Source of the DNA: Chrysomallon squamiferum
Taxonomy: Eukaryota > Animalia > Mollusca
DNA length: 64,000 bases
Assembly (NCBI GenBank): GCA_012295275.1
Contig: CM022672.1
Span: 8,990,001 to 9,054,000, forward strand
Direction: 5' to 3'
Of this stretch, positions 1-57,489 are shown one piece after another (position 1 is the stretch's first letter; each line of letters opens with the position of its first letter). The position numbers and the translations under genes were made by a program. The notes beneath the pieces were generated by a model that was not told where the DNA came from, searched no databases, and saw only the letters and a program-made list of their open reading frames with translations.

Positions 1-193
1 ATAATAATAATAATAAAATAATAAAAAAATACAAAATAAATACAAAATAAAAAATGAAATAAAATCTAAGAAATGTGTGTATATTTAGTCGTTAAAATAC
101 ACTAATTAATATTTGCCTGTTAATATTCTTTATTTGATAATACTGGTATTGTTTTTGTTCTTCCTTTAATATGAATGGGGCAAATAGATATTA

Positions 194-405
<212 letters not shown>

Positions 406-422
406 ATTAATCTTTATTTTAC

Positions 423-29822
<29,400 letters not shown>

Positions 29823-29849
29823 GACTGCCGTGAGGAGAAGAGACTGTGT

Positions 29850-29946
29850 GGCATATATAAGTTATCGCAACTTACACATGTCTCTCTGTCGCGCTTGGCC
29901 GTCTGCAATGTCACGTGGTGTGTTTAAGGTAAATGGGTCAGGATCA
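29850..29946 (-). promoter_or_regulatory. Putative core promoter of the laminin-alpha-like gene
   Basis: TATATA element at about 29853-29860, roughly 30 nt upstream of the ATG. E-box CACGTG at 29912-29917. GGGTCA-GGATCA nuclear-receptor-like half sites at 29935-29946. Motif matches only. Confidence 0.4.
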
Positions 29947-31124
29947 GACATATTTTATGTTGCCCCATTAGTTGTTCGACTGTCATAGGCAGTCTGGTTT
30001 TTCAGTTCGAGATTATTATTATTATTACTGTTGTTGTTGTTGTTGTTGTTATTATTATTATTATTATTTCGAAATGTTGATTTTATTACTGGATATTGTT
30101 TGTGTTTTATCCCCTTCGTTTCGTTTATTTTTTATTTTTTTATATTTTTTTTTTTATCTTTTTCATTTTATTATTATTATTATATTTATTATTATTATTA
30201 TTATTTAATAATGCTGGTTTTGTTATGTATTTTTGATACTTATTTGAAATAAATAATAAATAATGTATAAACGTATTTGGATCTTTTTTTTTAATGAGTT
30301 CTCTGTTTCTTACTAGTGGGGAGGAAAATATAAAGAAGGTCTCTCAGTAAGTCCATCTGTCTGCCTGTTTTTGTCTCGATAGAGCCATGATTTTGTTCTC
30401 TGTTTTCTATATTTATTCTTTTCTGTTTTCTCTTTTTCATCTTATTTATCCATTTACTAGTTTCTCTAAGTCCATCTAACTACATTTACATAGAGCTATA
30501 ACTTACATTCTGTATATACCTTTTTCCTTCTTCTAAAGGTTTTGTGTAGTTTTAAATGAAACAAAATAAAATAAACAAAGGTGTACGCTAATGAGAATTT
30601 TTTCGTGCAGCAGCACAAAGACAAATAATTATATTGTTTTCCTAACTCTATTAATAACCTGTTGCATCACCATTTCGGCACCGTGTTTAAAATTCGTCGT
30701 GATTTCATGTCTACCAATCACGGAGTATGAACCACAGTCAACAGTATATTTAATTTAATGATACATCCGTCTGATATATTAATATATACGTATGTTTTGT
30801 GTTCGTGTTCGTGTGGATAATGGATCTTCGTATCTAATACTATTCTTAATCCTTCTGCTATTGATGCTACTACTTCTACAGCTGTTGCTACCACTACAAC
30901 TATTACTATTACAGCTACTTGCTGCTGTTACTACTACTACTATTACTGCTGCTTTTCCTACAGTCACTACAAATACTTAAATAATTATTATTAGGAAATG
31001 AAACTGAATTTCATCGTCTGTTGTTTCTGCTACAATTGCAAGCAGGCAGGATCTATGTTACCATTACTACAACATTAATCAGTACTAAAAGTTACTTAAT
31101 AACAAATGCTTTAAAAAAAATGTC

Positions 31125-31175
<51 letters not shown>

Positions 31176-31858
31176 TAAAATAAATAAATAACGTCAAAGA
31201 ATAACAGTTAAGTTTTCCAGACATATTTAACTGTAACTCGAACACCTTTAGAAATATTGTTTTAATTAGCCACTGCGTTATGCTCAGCGTACGTCTGAAA
31301 ACGCATGTAAAATATTTTAGTTTATATCGTGTTTGTATGTGTTTTATGTGTGTTTAAAAACAGTACTGTATATATGGTATAATAAACTAACAAACTATAT
31401 CTCTGTGATGTCGTAATACTCATGTGTAAAACGAGCTGAATGCTGCTGTCATTTTATTAAAGATCGAGTGTTTCATTCACGTATGTACAGATCTTTGCTT
31501 TGTTAAACTGGTTGAATACACAAGAACTATAAATGTTTTGTATTCGGACGAAAGAGAAGCCTCCAAATGACAACTAAACGGGACAACGACCGTCATTATA
31601 CAACCCAAACGTCTCGCCTACATGCAGATCTTTCAGCGATGGGAAGTACGAGAGAATAAAAAAAAAGTACCGGGTGACGTGTCTTAATAGCCGTCTTCTA
31701 TTCGAGTCTGGCCGAGTATACAACGTCAACGTATTTTAAGGCACTCTAACAGCCTACAATTAGTCCACGGTAATTTGGAAGTTTTGAAAGCAAACGTGCA
31801 CAGACACACCTAGAACTGATTAAAAGGTATTTGCAACGTAGGCAAAATAATAATAAAT

Positions 31859-31896
<38 letters not shown>

Positions 31897-33149
31897 AAAA
31901 AAAATTCAAATAAATTCAAATAAACCAAATAATAATAATAATAAAAATAAATAAATAAATAAAAGAAAAACCAAACTGGAAACAAAACAACAACAAGCAA
32001 ACAACACAAGAAATAACAAGAAAAAAAAAAAAAAAAAAACCATAACTAACTAAATAACAAAAGTAAAATAATTGCCATTATTAGGTTTAGGGTTTTTTTT
32101 CTCCATAAATAGTTGTAATATAGTTGGATCTGATAGCTGTGATTTCCGTAGAGTTATATTAATACTTCTGCTTATGTGATAGTAATTAAGACCACATACC
32201 CACTGGCAATGTTATAATTATAAGAAAGAAAAAAAGACATTCAGTTTATAAATTACATAATAAAAATCATGCTGCAGTCTTTTGTTATCACATCTATAGC
32301 TTATTACAATTATACTTTTTTTGAGTTTTACAGTTTAAACTAAACAAACAAGTTTTATTAGCATTATTTGATCTTCACCTTCGACTAAAAAAATCCAAAT
32401 AATTGTTTCTGAAATTGTCAAGAAATTTTTCTGGAGTATATTTTCTTCCAACAATTATATTTCAGGTAAGTTTTTATGCATCTATCAGAAAAGATGTAAT
32501 AATAAATATTAAAATCTATATAGCAGTGAGACACAATTTGAAAAAAAAAAGTTCTAAAAAGAAGAAATAGAAAAGAAGAAAAGAAACACTGAGTTAATTT
32601 ATTTCATAATTTAATAAATTAGGTATCGTTGAACAATCAGTTCAAATATTTCTGTAACAACATTGAGAAAAGCAAAACAGTTACATCATTTTCAGTAACA
32701 TAAATACTACTACTACTACTACTAAATTATAATAATAATAAAATAATAATAATAATAATAATAATTAGTCCATACTTTAGTTCAATAAATCTGACTAGAA
32801 TTTCTATTTTTCACAATAATCATTTCAATATATACACACAAAAACAAGTAACATATCACACACACTTTCTCCTATTGTAATTATATTATACAAATAACTG
32901 AGATAGTTTAACAAACATCTCACCATTCACTATAGTAAAAAAATAAATAAAGAAAAAAGGAAAAAAAGAAATTAACAACATAAAATATATCAAGAATGCT
33001 TACAATATCTTTGTGCATTCTGAATTAACACTGAAACCTATGTTACAGAAAGCAAAGAAAATAGTTCTCATAGTTCCACTTCAGTTTTACCTGATATAGA
33101 TCAAGAATCATAAAAAGCAAGTAAAAATAGGATGTGTATAATCTGTGTG

Positions 33150-33182
<33 letters not shown>

Positions 33183-34161
33183 ATTTATACTGTGAAATAT
33201 AATTACATCTAAATCTGAGAACTCAGTTAAACACAAAATCTTATAATTTTTAGTTCATTTAGAACAATCTATAATAAATAACTAAGTATAAATAAATATA
33301 TATTCCATATACTAATCATTACTGGAAGTTTGCTATTTAGCTAAATGTCTTTTTTCAACTTTCCATTAATTCATTAAACAAAACAATTTTACCGTTGAGG
33401 TATAACCAAACAAAGAATAATGTTTAATGTAGACTCGGTCTGTTTGTTATACACATTTTGTGTATGTGTTCTGTAGATCATACCAACAAAATTTAATTAC
33501 ATGTAAATTTTAAAACTTATTATAAACAAAATCTTATGATGTTTAAAGTTTAAAAATAAATAAATAATAATAATAATAAAATTACTCATAACAAAATAAA
33601 AAATAAAAAATAATGGTAAAACCAACAGAAAACTGCTACAAAAGGCAATAGCGAAAGTTTAAAACATTCCTTTCTTTGTACAATTAGTTTAAATTTTTCC
33701 ACACAACAAATATAAAATTAACAGAAATAAGAAAAAAGAACACATAACAATGTGTATATATAATTATAGTAACAAATATAATATATTTTTTAAATAGAAA
33801 ATTATATATATTTAATGAGACTTCTGTTCTATACTTTAATTTGAAATATTTTTTATTTAACAAAATGATATTTAACTGTATTGCAATACACTTTGTTTAA
33901 AATAACTAAATTTAATTTTATACAAAATTAGTAATACTTATTGTCAGAAATGTTACTGAAGTGTTGTAATAAAAACCTAAATTTTCTTATGGCTAGTCAA
34001 TTCCATTATTAAGTTTGCATCTTGCAAAGAAACACAGATTCTGACTAGAATTTTTAAAATTTATACTGGATTTTTGATTGTAATTAAAAAAATTGAGTAA
34101 ATAAACTAAAGTAATTGAAATGCAAACAATTTAGAGTTTGTGATAATTAATTACATTTACA

Positions 34162-40282
<6,121 letters not shown>

Positions 40283-40622
40283 GGCCGCAACAGTTGTTAA
40301 AAGGGATGAAAAAAATATCGTCTGCTCCCATCAAATTAATTTTCCGAGGTCAACAATAAATTTAGACTGGAATCAAGCATGTTTGATTTCTCAAGCAAAG
40401 CGTACCATATTTTATAAACACAGTAGAAAGGTAACGTAAAAACAAAAACGTATATTATTGGTTATATTTAGCCAATAGATGAACAGCACACATAAACGTT
40501 TGGTTTGATAAATAAAAAATGGTCGACCCACGTGTTTTGATGCTTTGAGGCGCTTTAAGTATTTTCTTACAACAAGGACTATGAAGAATTAGTATTGCGT
40601 TGATATTAATACTTTATAAATA
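40283..40622. promoter_or_regulatory. Bidirectional promoter region shared by PCGF6-like and NOP56
   Basis: Only 340 bp between divergent ATGs. Opposed CCAAT boxes near 40457 and 40472, and an E-box CACGTG at 40529-40534. Confidence 0.6.
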
Positions 40623-47263
<6,641 letters not shown>

Positions 47264-48719
47264 GAAAAGTAACAGAATTTTGTTCTGTTGCACAGCGCAT
47301 TTTGTTTTTAACACAGCTTGTGACTGATCAAGTCAAAACATCTCAGATTTGTCAACTGTTTTTGTATAGCTGTAAAACTGAATATGTGAAAAACAGAAAG
47401 AAACAAGCAGGAATAAAGTTGAGAAATAAAGTGAATATTGACAATTGATGTTTTGATTTCAAGAAAATGGTTGGAATCGTACAGATTCTGGAAATGGGAC
47501 CAAGGTTGAATAGTATAGTTTGGAATTTTAAACTTTTATTTTTAGAGTTATAAAAAAACATTTGACTTTATGTTTCATTGATTACATTACTTTAAAAAAA
47601 AAATCCCTTTTTTAAATTTTTTATCTCAATGATTTTAGTGTAACAATCCTGTTTGTAGGTCTATATTCATTCAGTTACAAATAAATTAAATTCAACACTC
47701 TTATTTTTGTTGAAATTTGTTGTCACATTTTATATTAAAGTTTTGGTAATTGTTATAATCTATATCTCCCTCAGTCTGTCTGCATTTATGTTATAGTGTA
47801 AAACATAAAAATGATATATTATGCCCAAATTTATTTCATTAAGCTTTTGGATGAAGCCATAAATATTTTTTCACCTACGCTTTTCAACCCCTCGTAACAT
47901 TTTAAGAAAAGTCTGAAAAGTAAAATTACAGTAATAAGACATCAGAGAGACTGGAAATAAATGATCATCATCATCTGTTTTGTCTGCATCGTAACAATCA
48001 CAGTTTGAACCGAGTTGTATGTGTTAGCTGTGTAATAAGTGAAAGCCACGCATGTAACTAGATCGTATGTATTGAAATATACTTAATACAAAATAATTGA
48101 CCCACGCTCCTGGGAGAGCGCTACATTTTAAGTGGTGTTTAAAAATAAAAATATGTATTTGATCTCTGTTAATGGATTAAGAACATACATTTAAATAATC
48201 AATTCTTATGACCAGTCACGGAGAGGAAAAACAAAATAAAATGAATTGGCTACATTTGATGGATATCGATTCTTTTTGAGATTTTTGTGGTCACCTCAAT
48301 TGGATTTTTAATTTGCTTTAAAAATAAAAAAAATAAAAAAATTAAAACATTAGTAAATATAAATTTAGCTAATACATTATACACTGTAATATATAATGGC
48401 AGTGAGTTACGAATTTAATGAAAGAATGTTGTTTTCTTTTCAAGATACATTCACTCTCCTTCGTTTGCTTCTAAAATTACATTACGTCAAGATCTCGATG
48501 GTTTTCTTCTAGCAGTGCTGTACTATAACATAAATAATTATATTAAATACCATGAATGTCCCAGTTATAAATATTTTAACGTAAACTCACGTAGTGGGTT
48601 TTTCTTCTTTCTTCCACACAAGCATATGCACGCACGCACGCACGCACGCATATGAGACATGTATTAGGAGAAAACCCAATTGGAACAGTTACGAAATTGA
48701 TTTGTCACACACACACATA

Positions 48720-48810
<91 letters not shown>

Positions 48811-49804
48811 GAAATATATACAAATATATACAAAAATGTTCTGAGTTTCTAATGCGATAATAAAAACAACACAGAGGCTGCATATTAATCGTGTCATCAC
48901 ATAAATGTTATATACACATAATATGTCATAAAGATCTGTATTTATTTATTTTAAATACTTTTCCTGTGAACGAATAATGTGTATTCCTTGCATATGCGAT
49001 TTCTTGTCTTACCTTCTTCACTGAAAGAGAACAAGTGTGTATAAAACAGTCAGCAAACATTTGTATTTTCTTTATAAAGATAGTACAAAATTATTTTAAA
49101 AGATTATTCTACATTAGAAAAATTATTTTTCCATAATAGTTACTAATATTAACGAGCAAAACCACAATTTCAGTCAATAATGATGATAAATAAATAAATA
49201 AATAACAATGATAGAAAACTGTGACTAAAATAAAAGTTCTGTCTACAAATCCTTTTACTCAGTAAATCTGTTTCTTCTCTTTCTGATTTTCTTTCGAAGC
49301 CTTCCTTTCTCACCTCCTTCAGGTCTGTATAAATGAATCACGTGTAAATTTATAAATGCTATAAAATGATATGGTAACAACTTATTTTATAAGTGAATAA
49401 ATAGAACGATGATTAAATTAATAAAAAAAAATTCTGAGTTCTTTGAATGCAGTTTTAGAAGAGTTTGCTCTTTGCGAATTAAATTATGAGAAATATTTCT
49501 GCGACACACCAAATACAAAATAAATATAGACACCGATAAAAACATAGTGTATGTAATATATTAGCATATATATCGACTTAATATTGACTTATCAGTAAAT
49601 AATTGGATTTGATTCACCTTTGACACCCAATATCCTATTTCATTTCTGTGCCGGTGTATCATTAAGCAAACCTATAAACAAACATCTTCTGCTTAGTTTA
49701 TTTTATTAATCACTTGTTTTTTCTTTTTCCTTTATTGTTTCTACAAATGAAGATTATCGAAGTCTTGTGATTCAAGAAATCGCGAATTGCGTTAGCATAA
49801 TGTG

Positions 49805-50290
49805 GAGGATCACCATCTTGTTGGAAAAAAACAATCACGTTATGCTAAAGCAGTTCGCGATTTCTTGAATCCCAAGTTCCATGACAGATGAGTAGGTCAT
49901 CGAGGACCTCTGGAGTGGGCGCCATGTTCTCCAGATTTGACACCTGTGACTTTTTTCTGTGGTGCTTCCTGAAAAGCAAAGTCTATGCATCAAAGCCCAG
50001 GAGTGTTGAAGAGTTAGAGGAACGTACAAGGAATGCCTGCAATCTTGTTACAAGGGAGATGATGACCGGAGTTGGAGAGGAATGCTTGAAGAGGTGGGCA
50101 CGTTGAAAAAGAAGGCGCTCACGTTGAAGTCTACGGAGCCTAAGAAAACAGAAAATGAGGGATTTTTTCGTTATGAGACAAATTGTTGCAGGCTATAGAA
50201 AGTTCAAGACTTTTTTTTTTTCAAATCCGTAAAGCCGTTTTCATTTAATTAAAACTTAAAAGTGTAGCGGGACTTTTGAATGACCCTGTA
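49805..50290 (+). mobile_element. Decayed Tc1/mariner-superfamily transposon, 3' fragment
   Basis: Transposase C-terminus AKAVRDFLN...GPLEWAPCSPDLTP/DFFLWCFLKSKVYASKPRSVEELEER, with a stop and a frameshift. It ends in TIR-like ...GGGACTTTTGAATGACCCTG (50288) followed by a TA target dinucleotide. No 5' TIR seen. Confidence 0.85.
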
Positions 50291-50294
50291 TTAA

Positions 50295-51100
50295 TGTATA
50301 ATTTTAAATAAACAAAACATTAAAATATATATTTTAAAATAAATAAAACAGTGTTAAGTATATATTTTTAAATCAATAAAACTATTAAAGCATATATTTT
50401 TAAATAAATAAAACAATATTAAAGTACATATTGTACTTTAAATAAATTATACAGCATTAAAGTGTATATTTTTGAATAAATAAAACATTATTAAAGTATA
50501 TATTTTAAAAAATATATACTTTAACATTGTTTTATTTATTTAAAAATATATTCTTTAATAATGTTTTATTTATTTAAAACTATATATACTTTAATAATAT
50601 TTTAATTATTTAAAAATATATACCTAAATATTGTTTTCTTTATTGAAAAATATACACTTTAATACTGTTTTATTTATTTAAAAATATATATACTTTAATG
50701 TTTTTTTTTTTTTTTTTTTTTTAACTATATTTTAGTATTGTTTTGTTTGTTTAAAAGATATATATTTAATAATGTTTTATTTATTTAAAAATATATATTT
50801 AATACTGTTTTATTTGTTTTAAAATATATATTTTAATAATGTTTTATTTATTTAAAATATATATTTTAATATTGTGTTGTTTATTCAAAAAATATATACC
50901 TTAATAATGTTTCATTTATATAAAAATATATACTTTAATAATGTTTTATTTATTTTGAAAATATACAGTTTAATGCTGTTTTATTTATTTAAAAATATAT
51001 GTTTTAATAATGTTTTATTTATTCAAAAATTATAATGTTTTAATCTTGTTTTATTTATCTAAAAAAAATGTAAATTTTAATGTTGTTTTATTCACTAAAA
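50295..51100. repeat. AT-rich minisatellite (about 30-33 bp unit) arranged as an inverted fold-back array
   Basis: Units AAATAAATAAAACATTATTAAAGTATATATTTT lie left of about 50507 and their reverse complement lies to the right. Confidence 0.8.
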
Positions 51101-51103
51101 TGC

Positions 51104-51147
<44 letters not shown>

Positions 51148-52772
51148 TTTATTTATTTAATACTTTCTTATTTATTACAAAGACTATACCTTAATATTGC
51201 TTCATTTGTTTAAAAAACTATATATTTTAATAATGGTTTATTTATTATATATGATATATATAATATGAATTTATTAACTCTTTGAACAGAACTGACGAAA
51301 CGAAGCGACAGATGTAGACTGGTACTATTTCTCCGTTTAAATGTGAAGAATGTTCCAAAGCAGTTGCATTGGAAACACACAACGAAGCTGGACATAATTT
51401 CTATGGTAAAATTAATAAATATGCAAATAAAAAGAGAAATATACTATTTGAAATTTCTACTTGGTTAACAGTATTATTCTCCACTGTTAATAAATGAATG
51501 TTAAGATCATGTAATTGTGTTATTGTTCAGTCTGTGACAAGCCAAATTGGTCAGCGCTTGTTTTGCAGGTCTTATTAAAGTCAAGCGAAAGTGTATCCGA
51601 TATAAGTGTGTATGTGTGTGGGGATGACTGTCATACAAATATAGTTCAGTACAGCAATACACAAACATAACAAGAGAGAGGAAATCTTGTTAAAATCTAA
51701 GTACAAAATAAACTGAAATAACCTGAAGACGACTGAAAGTCAGAAACGAAACAGATTAGCTGATAACCAGTTTATTTGTTTTAAACGAGATGTCAAAGTT
51801 AATTTGCAGTTATAAAGATTCATGGATGGATCTGTTAGGCCTTAGTACATATTGTTTGATGCTCTCTTAATCCAAATAGACGAACGAGTATTTACAGCTA
51901 CTCTTAGCTTTTCTAATTAAAATAATATTAGTTTACTGGTAGATCAAGTAAAGACTCTGGAAAGAATTTAGGGTCATCTGTGAGTTTGTATGTGCTTTTA
52001 AGTTCGTTTGTTTGTTCTTATATAAATGCATACTTACAGAAATACCAAAGTACATACATACAAACACAAAAACGAAGGTACATACATACATATGTACATA
52101 GTGATATAAATAGATAGATGGTTAGACAAACATACAGAGACATACATATATAAATACATGTGCAGATACATTATACATTACATATGCATAATTATACCTA
52201 ATAATCATAATCATAATTTAAATAATAATTATACTGACAATAATAAGAACAACAACAACAAGAATAACAATAATAATAAGAAGGAAAGCAATCCATATAT
52301 TAACAATAACACTAATAACATAGTCAGTCAGTCTGTCAGTCTGCCAGACAGTAAGTAAATCAGTCAGCCAATAATTCTAATAATCATGCTGCTGCTGCTG
52401 CTAATGATGATGACGATAAATCGATGATTTGTTATGTATCTGAAGTAAAGTTCTTGTTTCAGTTTCTATTATAGGCTTTTAACTAGAACACTTGTACGGT
52501 TTTACTTTCTTGTACACTGTCATATGTCAACACAGTTTCAGCGATCACATTAATTTCCGCGGATAAAATGAATCTAAACGGAAGGAACGCGAGTAAAAAG
52601 GTGTGTGTGTGTGTGTGTGTATATATATATGTATTTCATAATGATCTCCGTCATTTCATCTCTCTAAATAATAATAATGATGATGATGATGATGATGATA
52701 ATAATAATAATGGTTATTATTATTATTATTATTATTACTATTAAGCAATAGTAACAAAATTAGCAATAAATA

Positions 52773-52803
<31 letters not shown>

Positions 52804-55059
52804 ACAACAAACAAAAATACTCTTAAAGCAAAAGTAATAGATATTCTTTTACATTTTTTCACTTCGCACTATTAAAAAAACAAAACTTAATCTGCCGATT
52901 TTACAATCGCACTAGAGCAAAAAAAAAAAAAAATAAAAAAAAAAAATTAAAATAAAATAAAATAAAATAAATTAAACAAAAAAAAAAAAAAAAAAAAAAG
53001 AAAGGAATAATAATTTAAATTTTTAAAAGAATAAAAATGCAAACGAAAAAGGACATATCACTGAAATTGCAAAGAACAAAAATAAAAGAAAACTGCACAC
53101 ACTCAGAGAGAGCTAACAAAATAATTATGACATTAAGGTTGTGGTATCTGATATGCGACGCAGCTGCTGTTTATCACTTGATCACTTTTAAAAATAACGT
53201 TTTGAAGTAACAGTATGCTTTATACGTGCAGGGACAACCTGTCTTCTAAATTAGTTACTGCCAGGAATAGAATTAATTCACATAGGATGCTTAAAAGACA
53301 TCTACCTTATTTGTTTGTGTTTTTCGTTTCAGATGAAGCGTAATTTAAAAATTACAGTTTGAAAGAATAATAGATAAATAAATTATTGAAATAATAAGTG
53401 AATAAATGAATGAATGAATAAGTGAATAAATGAATGGAAGAATAAATAATTAAGTGAATAAATAAAAAAAAATAATTAAATAATTTAAAAAGTACATAAA
53501 TGAATAAATAAGTAAATAAATAAGTAAATAAATAAATACATAAATAAGTAAGTAAATAAATAAATAAATAAATAAATAAGTGAATGAATGAATTTCCAAT
53601 GAATAAATAAGTAGGTAAGTAAATCAATCAAACAATTTATAAAATAAAATACAAATTAATAATTAAAAAAAGAGATTACTACGATAAAATAGAATAAAAT
53701 GAAATAATAAAAAAGAAATTAAAAAGAGAGAATAATATATATATATTAAAATACAATAATTAAAATAATTGTTCGGTTATTCTTCTTCTTTTGATGTTAA
53801 GTACAAATGATTTGAATTTGTTTTTTTAAAGAAGAATAGTAATACAATTAAAAATCAGTTTAAAGGATAATGTGAAGAAAAACGGTTGTAATTAATATCC
53901 TTCATGAAAAATCAATAAAACGTGATTAAAACTGATATTTTTTAATTTTTTATTTCAGTTATTAGTAATGGACTTAAAAATAACAAATATTTCTGTTGAG
54001 AATATTATGTCTGAGTACGTCATTTTCTGTTTGCCCGTTCCTGCTAGGATGCCTTATTTTGTTTATAATGTATTGAGAGACGTATTTATATGAATCAGTA
54101 TTTTATAATTTTTCTTTTACATGTTAGTCAGTTAATAAATACATTTACGCTTAATTAAACATTTTCACACTCGTAAACAGATATGCAGACTCACACAGAC
54201 ACATACACAGACACATATATATTTGTATCTTTGTAAACTTTGTATAAATAATAGTTTTAGCTTTTCTTTCTTTTCGTTTTCTTTTTTTTCAACCTTTTTG
54301 AACAATGTCTCAAAATATTTCTCTAGAGGTCATTAATCCCGAAACAAATATATTAACTCAGATTAGATTCCATGTCAGTGCGTCATTTACTTTCAGACAA
54401 AATTAATAAGATTCTATATACTGAGAACCCAGTTTGGTCGATGATTGAAAGGCTACAGCTAACATACCCAAGATTATGTTTCGTATGATTAGCACGATAG
54501 CATAGGAAAATGACAGAATCAAGGATAGTTAATTATATTTACTGTGAAATAATTTACTTGCGAAAACTCAGGACTGGCTATAGATATTAGTTTCTTGAGT
54601 CGACTGGTTGCGGGATCGATTGATGAGGATTCCCTTTTCGGACTGTTTCAGGTTTCACGCTTTGAGCGAGTCTTGTAAAGTTTGGTAGTCGCTTTTCTGT
54701 CAGTTTTGGTCGAAAAGGTGGACATTTCTCAAGACATTTATAAAGATATGGTCATAATTTCTATTTAGGAAGAGAAAAGAAATTGAAAACTAATTATCGT
54801 GTAATTAGCAATTAGCTTATGTATAACAATGCAACACTGAAAAAAAAAAATGACATAAAAGATAGCTTGCAGCAAAAATCTCTGTGTAATACTTTTTATT
54901 CACATATTAATTTTAAATATTCTTTTTGTCCATTTATTACTTTTTATATTCATTGTATTGTTATGCATTCTGTTAAATTATCCATTTTGCATCGTCATTA
55001 TATTATTAATTCATTTTATCGACTGACACATTTTATGTCTTTGTTATCTTGTTCATTCA

Positions 55060-55385
55060 GTTAATTCATTCATTTTGTATATTCATTCTAGAAATTCATT
55101 TATTGCTACCAATAATTATTCATTTTGTTTATTCAGTCTACCAGTTCTTTCATTTTGTATATTCATTCTACAAATTCATTCATTTTATATATTCATTACA
55201 TGATTAATTCATAATATTGATTGATTCATTAAACAGACTCATTTATATTTTCATTCCGTATTCATTTTATTTATTTTATCAATTCATTCATTTTGTATAT
55301 TCATTCTACCAATTCTTTCATTTTGTATATTCATTCTACAAATTCATTCATTTTATATATTCATTGTGTTATTAATTCATTTCAT
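55060..55385. repeat. Degenerate minisatellite, about 27 bp unit (TTCATTTTGTATATTCATTCTACAAA)
   Basis: Multiple diverged tandem copies are visible. Confidence 0.7.
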
Positions 55386-55877
55386 GCAAACATTAATGTT
55401 CTGTATTCACTCTGTTCATGACTCGCAGTAACAAAATACTTTGTAGTTATATGTCAATGATTTATCACAGTGAAGATGTTAAATATGCCTGAAGCCGTAA
55501 AAGATGAATGTATATAATCACCTTTGACGTCATCATTCTTAAAATAAAGTTTAATTGTAAGACTGCAGACATAGTACATTCGCACATAATTTGTTATTAT
55601 TAGTTTGGCACATATTTTTGGAAAATAATATTTACCGTGTGTGAATGTATGTGTGTGTGCGTGTGTGGGTGTACGTGTGAGCGCGCGCGTGTGTGTGGAT
55701 GTGTGTGAGTGCGTGCGTGTGTGTGTGTGTGTCTGTGCTGTTTGTGTGAGAGAGAGAAAAAAAGAAAGAAAGAAACAAGAAAGACAAAATGCTGAAAGGT
55801 ATGTGTGTATGTGTGGGTTTGCCTGTGTGTCTGCGTGTGTGTTCTTGCCTGCGTATGGTTGTATGTGCCTGTGTCTG

Positions 55878-55961
<84 letters not shown>

Positions 55962-56310
55962 GAATGTTGAAATGTGTGTGTGTGTGTGTCTCTGTGTCTG
56001 TGAAACATGCGTGAGTTATTATTAATTTTTATTTTTTAGATTTCAGTTTTATTATCAGTACTTAAAACAGAGATGATAATATAACATATATTATAATGCT
56101 TTAATAAACAAGTCTGACATACAGATTTTGTAACGTTGAAATACCAAATTTTATAGTATTTTATCTTAAGAAGACTAAAGGAAAAAGACAACGACGACGA
56201 TAACAACAACAACAACAACAATAATAATAACAATAATAAATAAATATATAAATAAATGAACTGAGGACAGATTGTTTCTTCTTTTCCACTTGAAAAAAAA
56301 AGTAATAGTT

Positions 56311-57489
56311 TTATCTTTTGTTTCCCACTGAAAAACACACATTAGAGCATCGAAGGAGAACTTTCTCTCGAACGCTTGGTACAGACAGGACGAATATGAA
56401 CGGATCTATTAAGGCGTTGAGAAAAGAAAACAGCGCACATTTGTACAGGTCATCTATTGACTCTGGGTCTTTTATCACGCGTCCAAGTTGTATGATCCAC
56501 GGGATGATGGCCACAGAGTGAGTAGCGATCAGGATCCCGACAATGATAGTAGCAGCCAGCTCTTTCGATTTACGTTTAGGACGGATGTATATTGCGACCG
56601 CGCTGCTGCAGTCAGTTGTTGACTCACGGTTGCTGGTGCTGCTGGTGACAGCTAGTGTTGATGTCGACTGTTCAGTTTGGTTGCCAACTGGAGGAACGTT
56701 GTTCTGCTCCTTCTGAATTTCACAAATTCCTGTCATTTTGCATGGTGTTCTTGATCTAGCTGGCGTGTTAGCAACTCTAGGTTTGTCTTTTCTTTGAACA
56801 GCCACGTTTATTATTTTTCTCTCGTGGTACGTGCGAAACAGTTTTACAATAGAGAGAACATACAGCAGTATGCAAAATGTGTAATTAAGGGCAATCATCA
56901 CAAGAAGATATTTCGTGGCGGTTTCAAACATGCCTACTATAGATCTGAATCGACATATCACTGGTGCCACCCCGTTCGTTAAGCGATCTGTTATCATGGT
57001 TATTACGCATCCTCCGGGAAGTAATATCCAGATCATCAAAACACTGAATACTGTCTTGCGTTTAGTAAATATTCTCGTGAGACCGGGATTACTTCCAATG
57101 GTCAGTATCGACACAGATCTCATGGCGCTTATCAGTAACAAATGTCCCGTGGTAATCAAGACGGCAATGAAGTTAACAAAGAGAACCGTGGTACACAGAA
57201 TTGGGTTCACGGATCTAGTCAGAGATAGGTGTTCGTATAAAGATATGATGATGTTGACTATGGCGTTCAGACAAAGGAAACTGTCGCTGAATGAAAGTGA
57301 TACGATTGCTACGTATATGAAATGTTTGTTCATCACATTCTTCCTGATAATAAAAACACACGTGGAAATATTCTCAACGAGAGCAATGAAATACACTGCT
57401 ATGAATGACACGGAATATGTAAATATAGATTCTGTTAAAGTTAAATCTTCCGTTGCGTTTCCACTATTCTCTTGAGTTCCAGCATCCAT
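56311..57489 (-). CDS. Class A (rhodopsin-like) orphan GPCR, intronless CDS, 392 aa
   Basis: Seven hydrophobic segments. N-terminal N-glycosylation sequons (NSG is not one; NAT is). TM1 EN, TM2 SLSFSD, TM3 Cys and LLLISAMR, TM4 Trp, ECL2 Cys, TM6 Pro, TM7 NALIDPFIF, helix 8 SVREKV. Confidence 0.9.
   Translation of the reverse strand: MDAGTQENSGNATEDLTLTESIFTYSVSFIAVYFIALVENISTCVFIIRKNVMNKHFIYVAIVSLSFSDSFLCLNAIVNIIISLYEHLSLTRSVNPILCTTVLFVNFIAVLITTGHLLLISAMRSVSILTIGSNPGLTRIFTKRKTVFSVLMIWILLPGGCVITMITDRLTNGVAPVICRFRSIVGMFETATKYLLVMIALNYTFCILLYVLSIVKLFRTYHERKIINVAVQRKDKPRVANTPARSRTPCKMTGICEIQKEQNNVPPVGNQTEQSTSTLAVTSSTSNRESTTDCSSAVAIYIRPKRKSKELAATIIVGILIATHSVAIIPWIIQLGRVIKDPESIDDLYKCALFSFLNALIDPFIFVLSVPSVREKVLLRCSNVCFSVGNKR

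Noticed and set aside
54595-54640. B-box-like GGTTGCGGGATCGAT (similar text near 19382) suggesting a tRNA or SINE
   Set aside because: No cloverleaf or A box. At most a highly decayed SINE head, which I cannot support.
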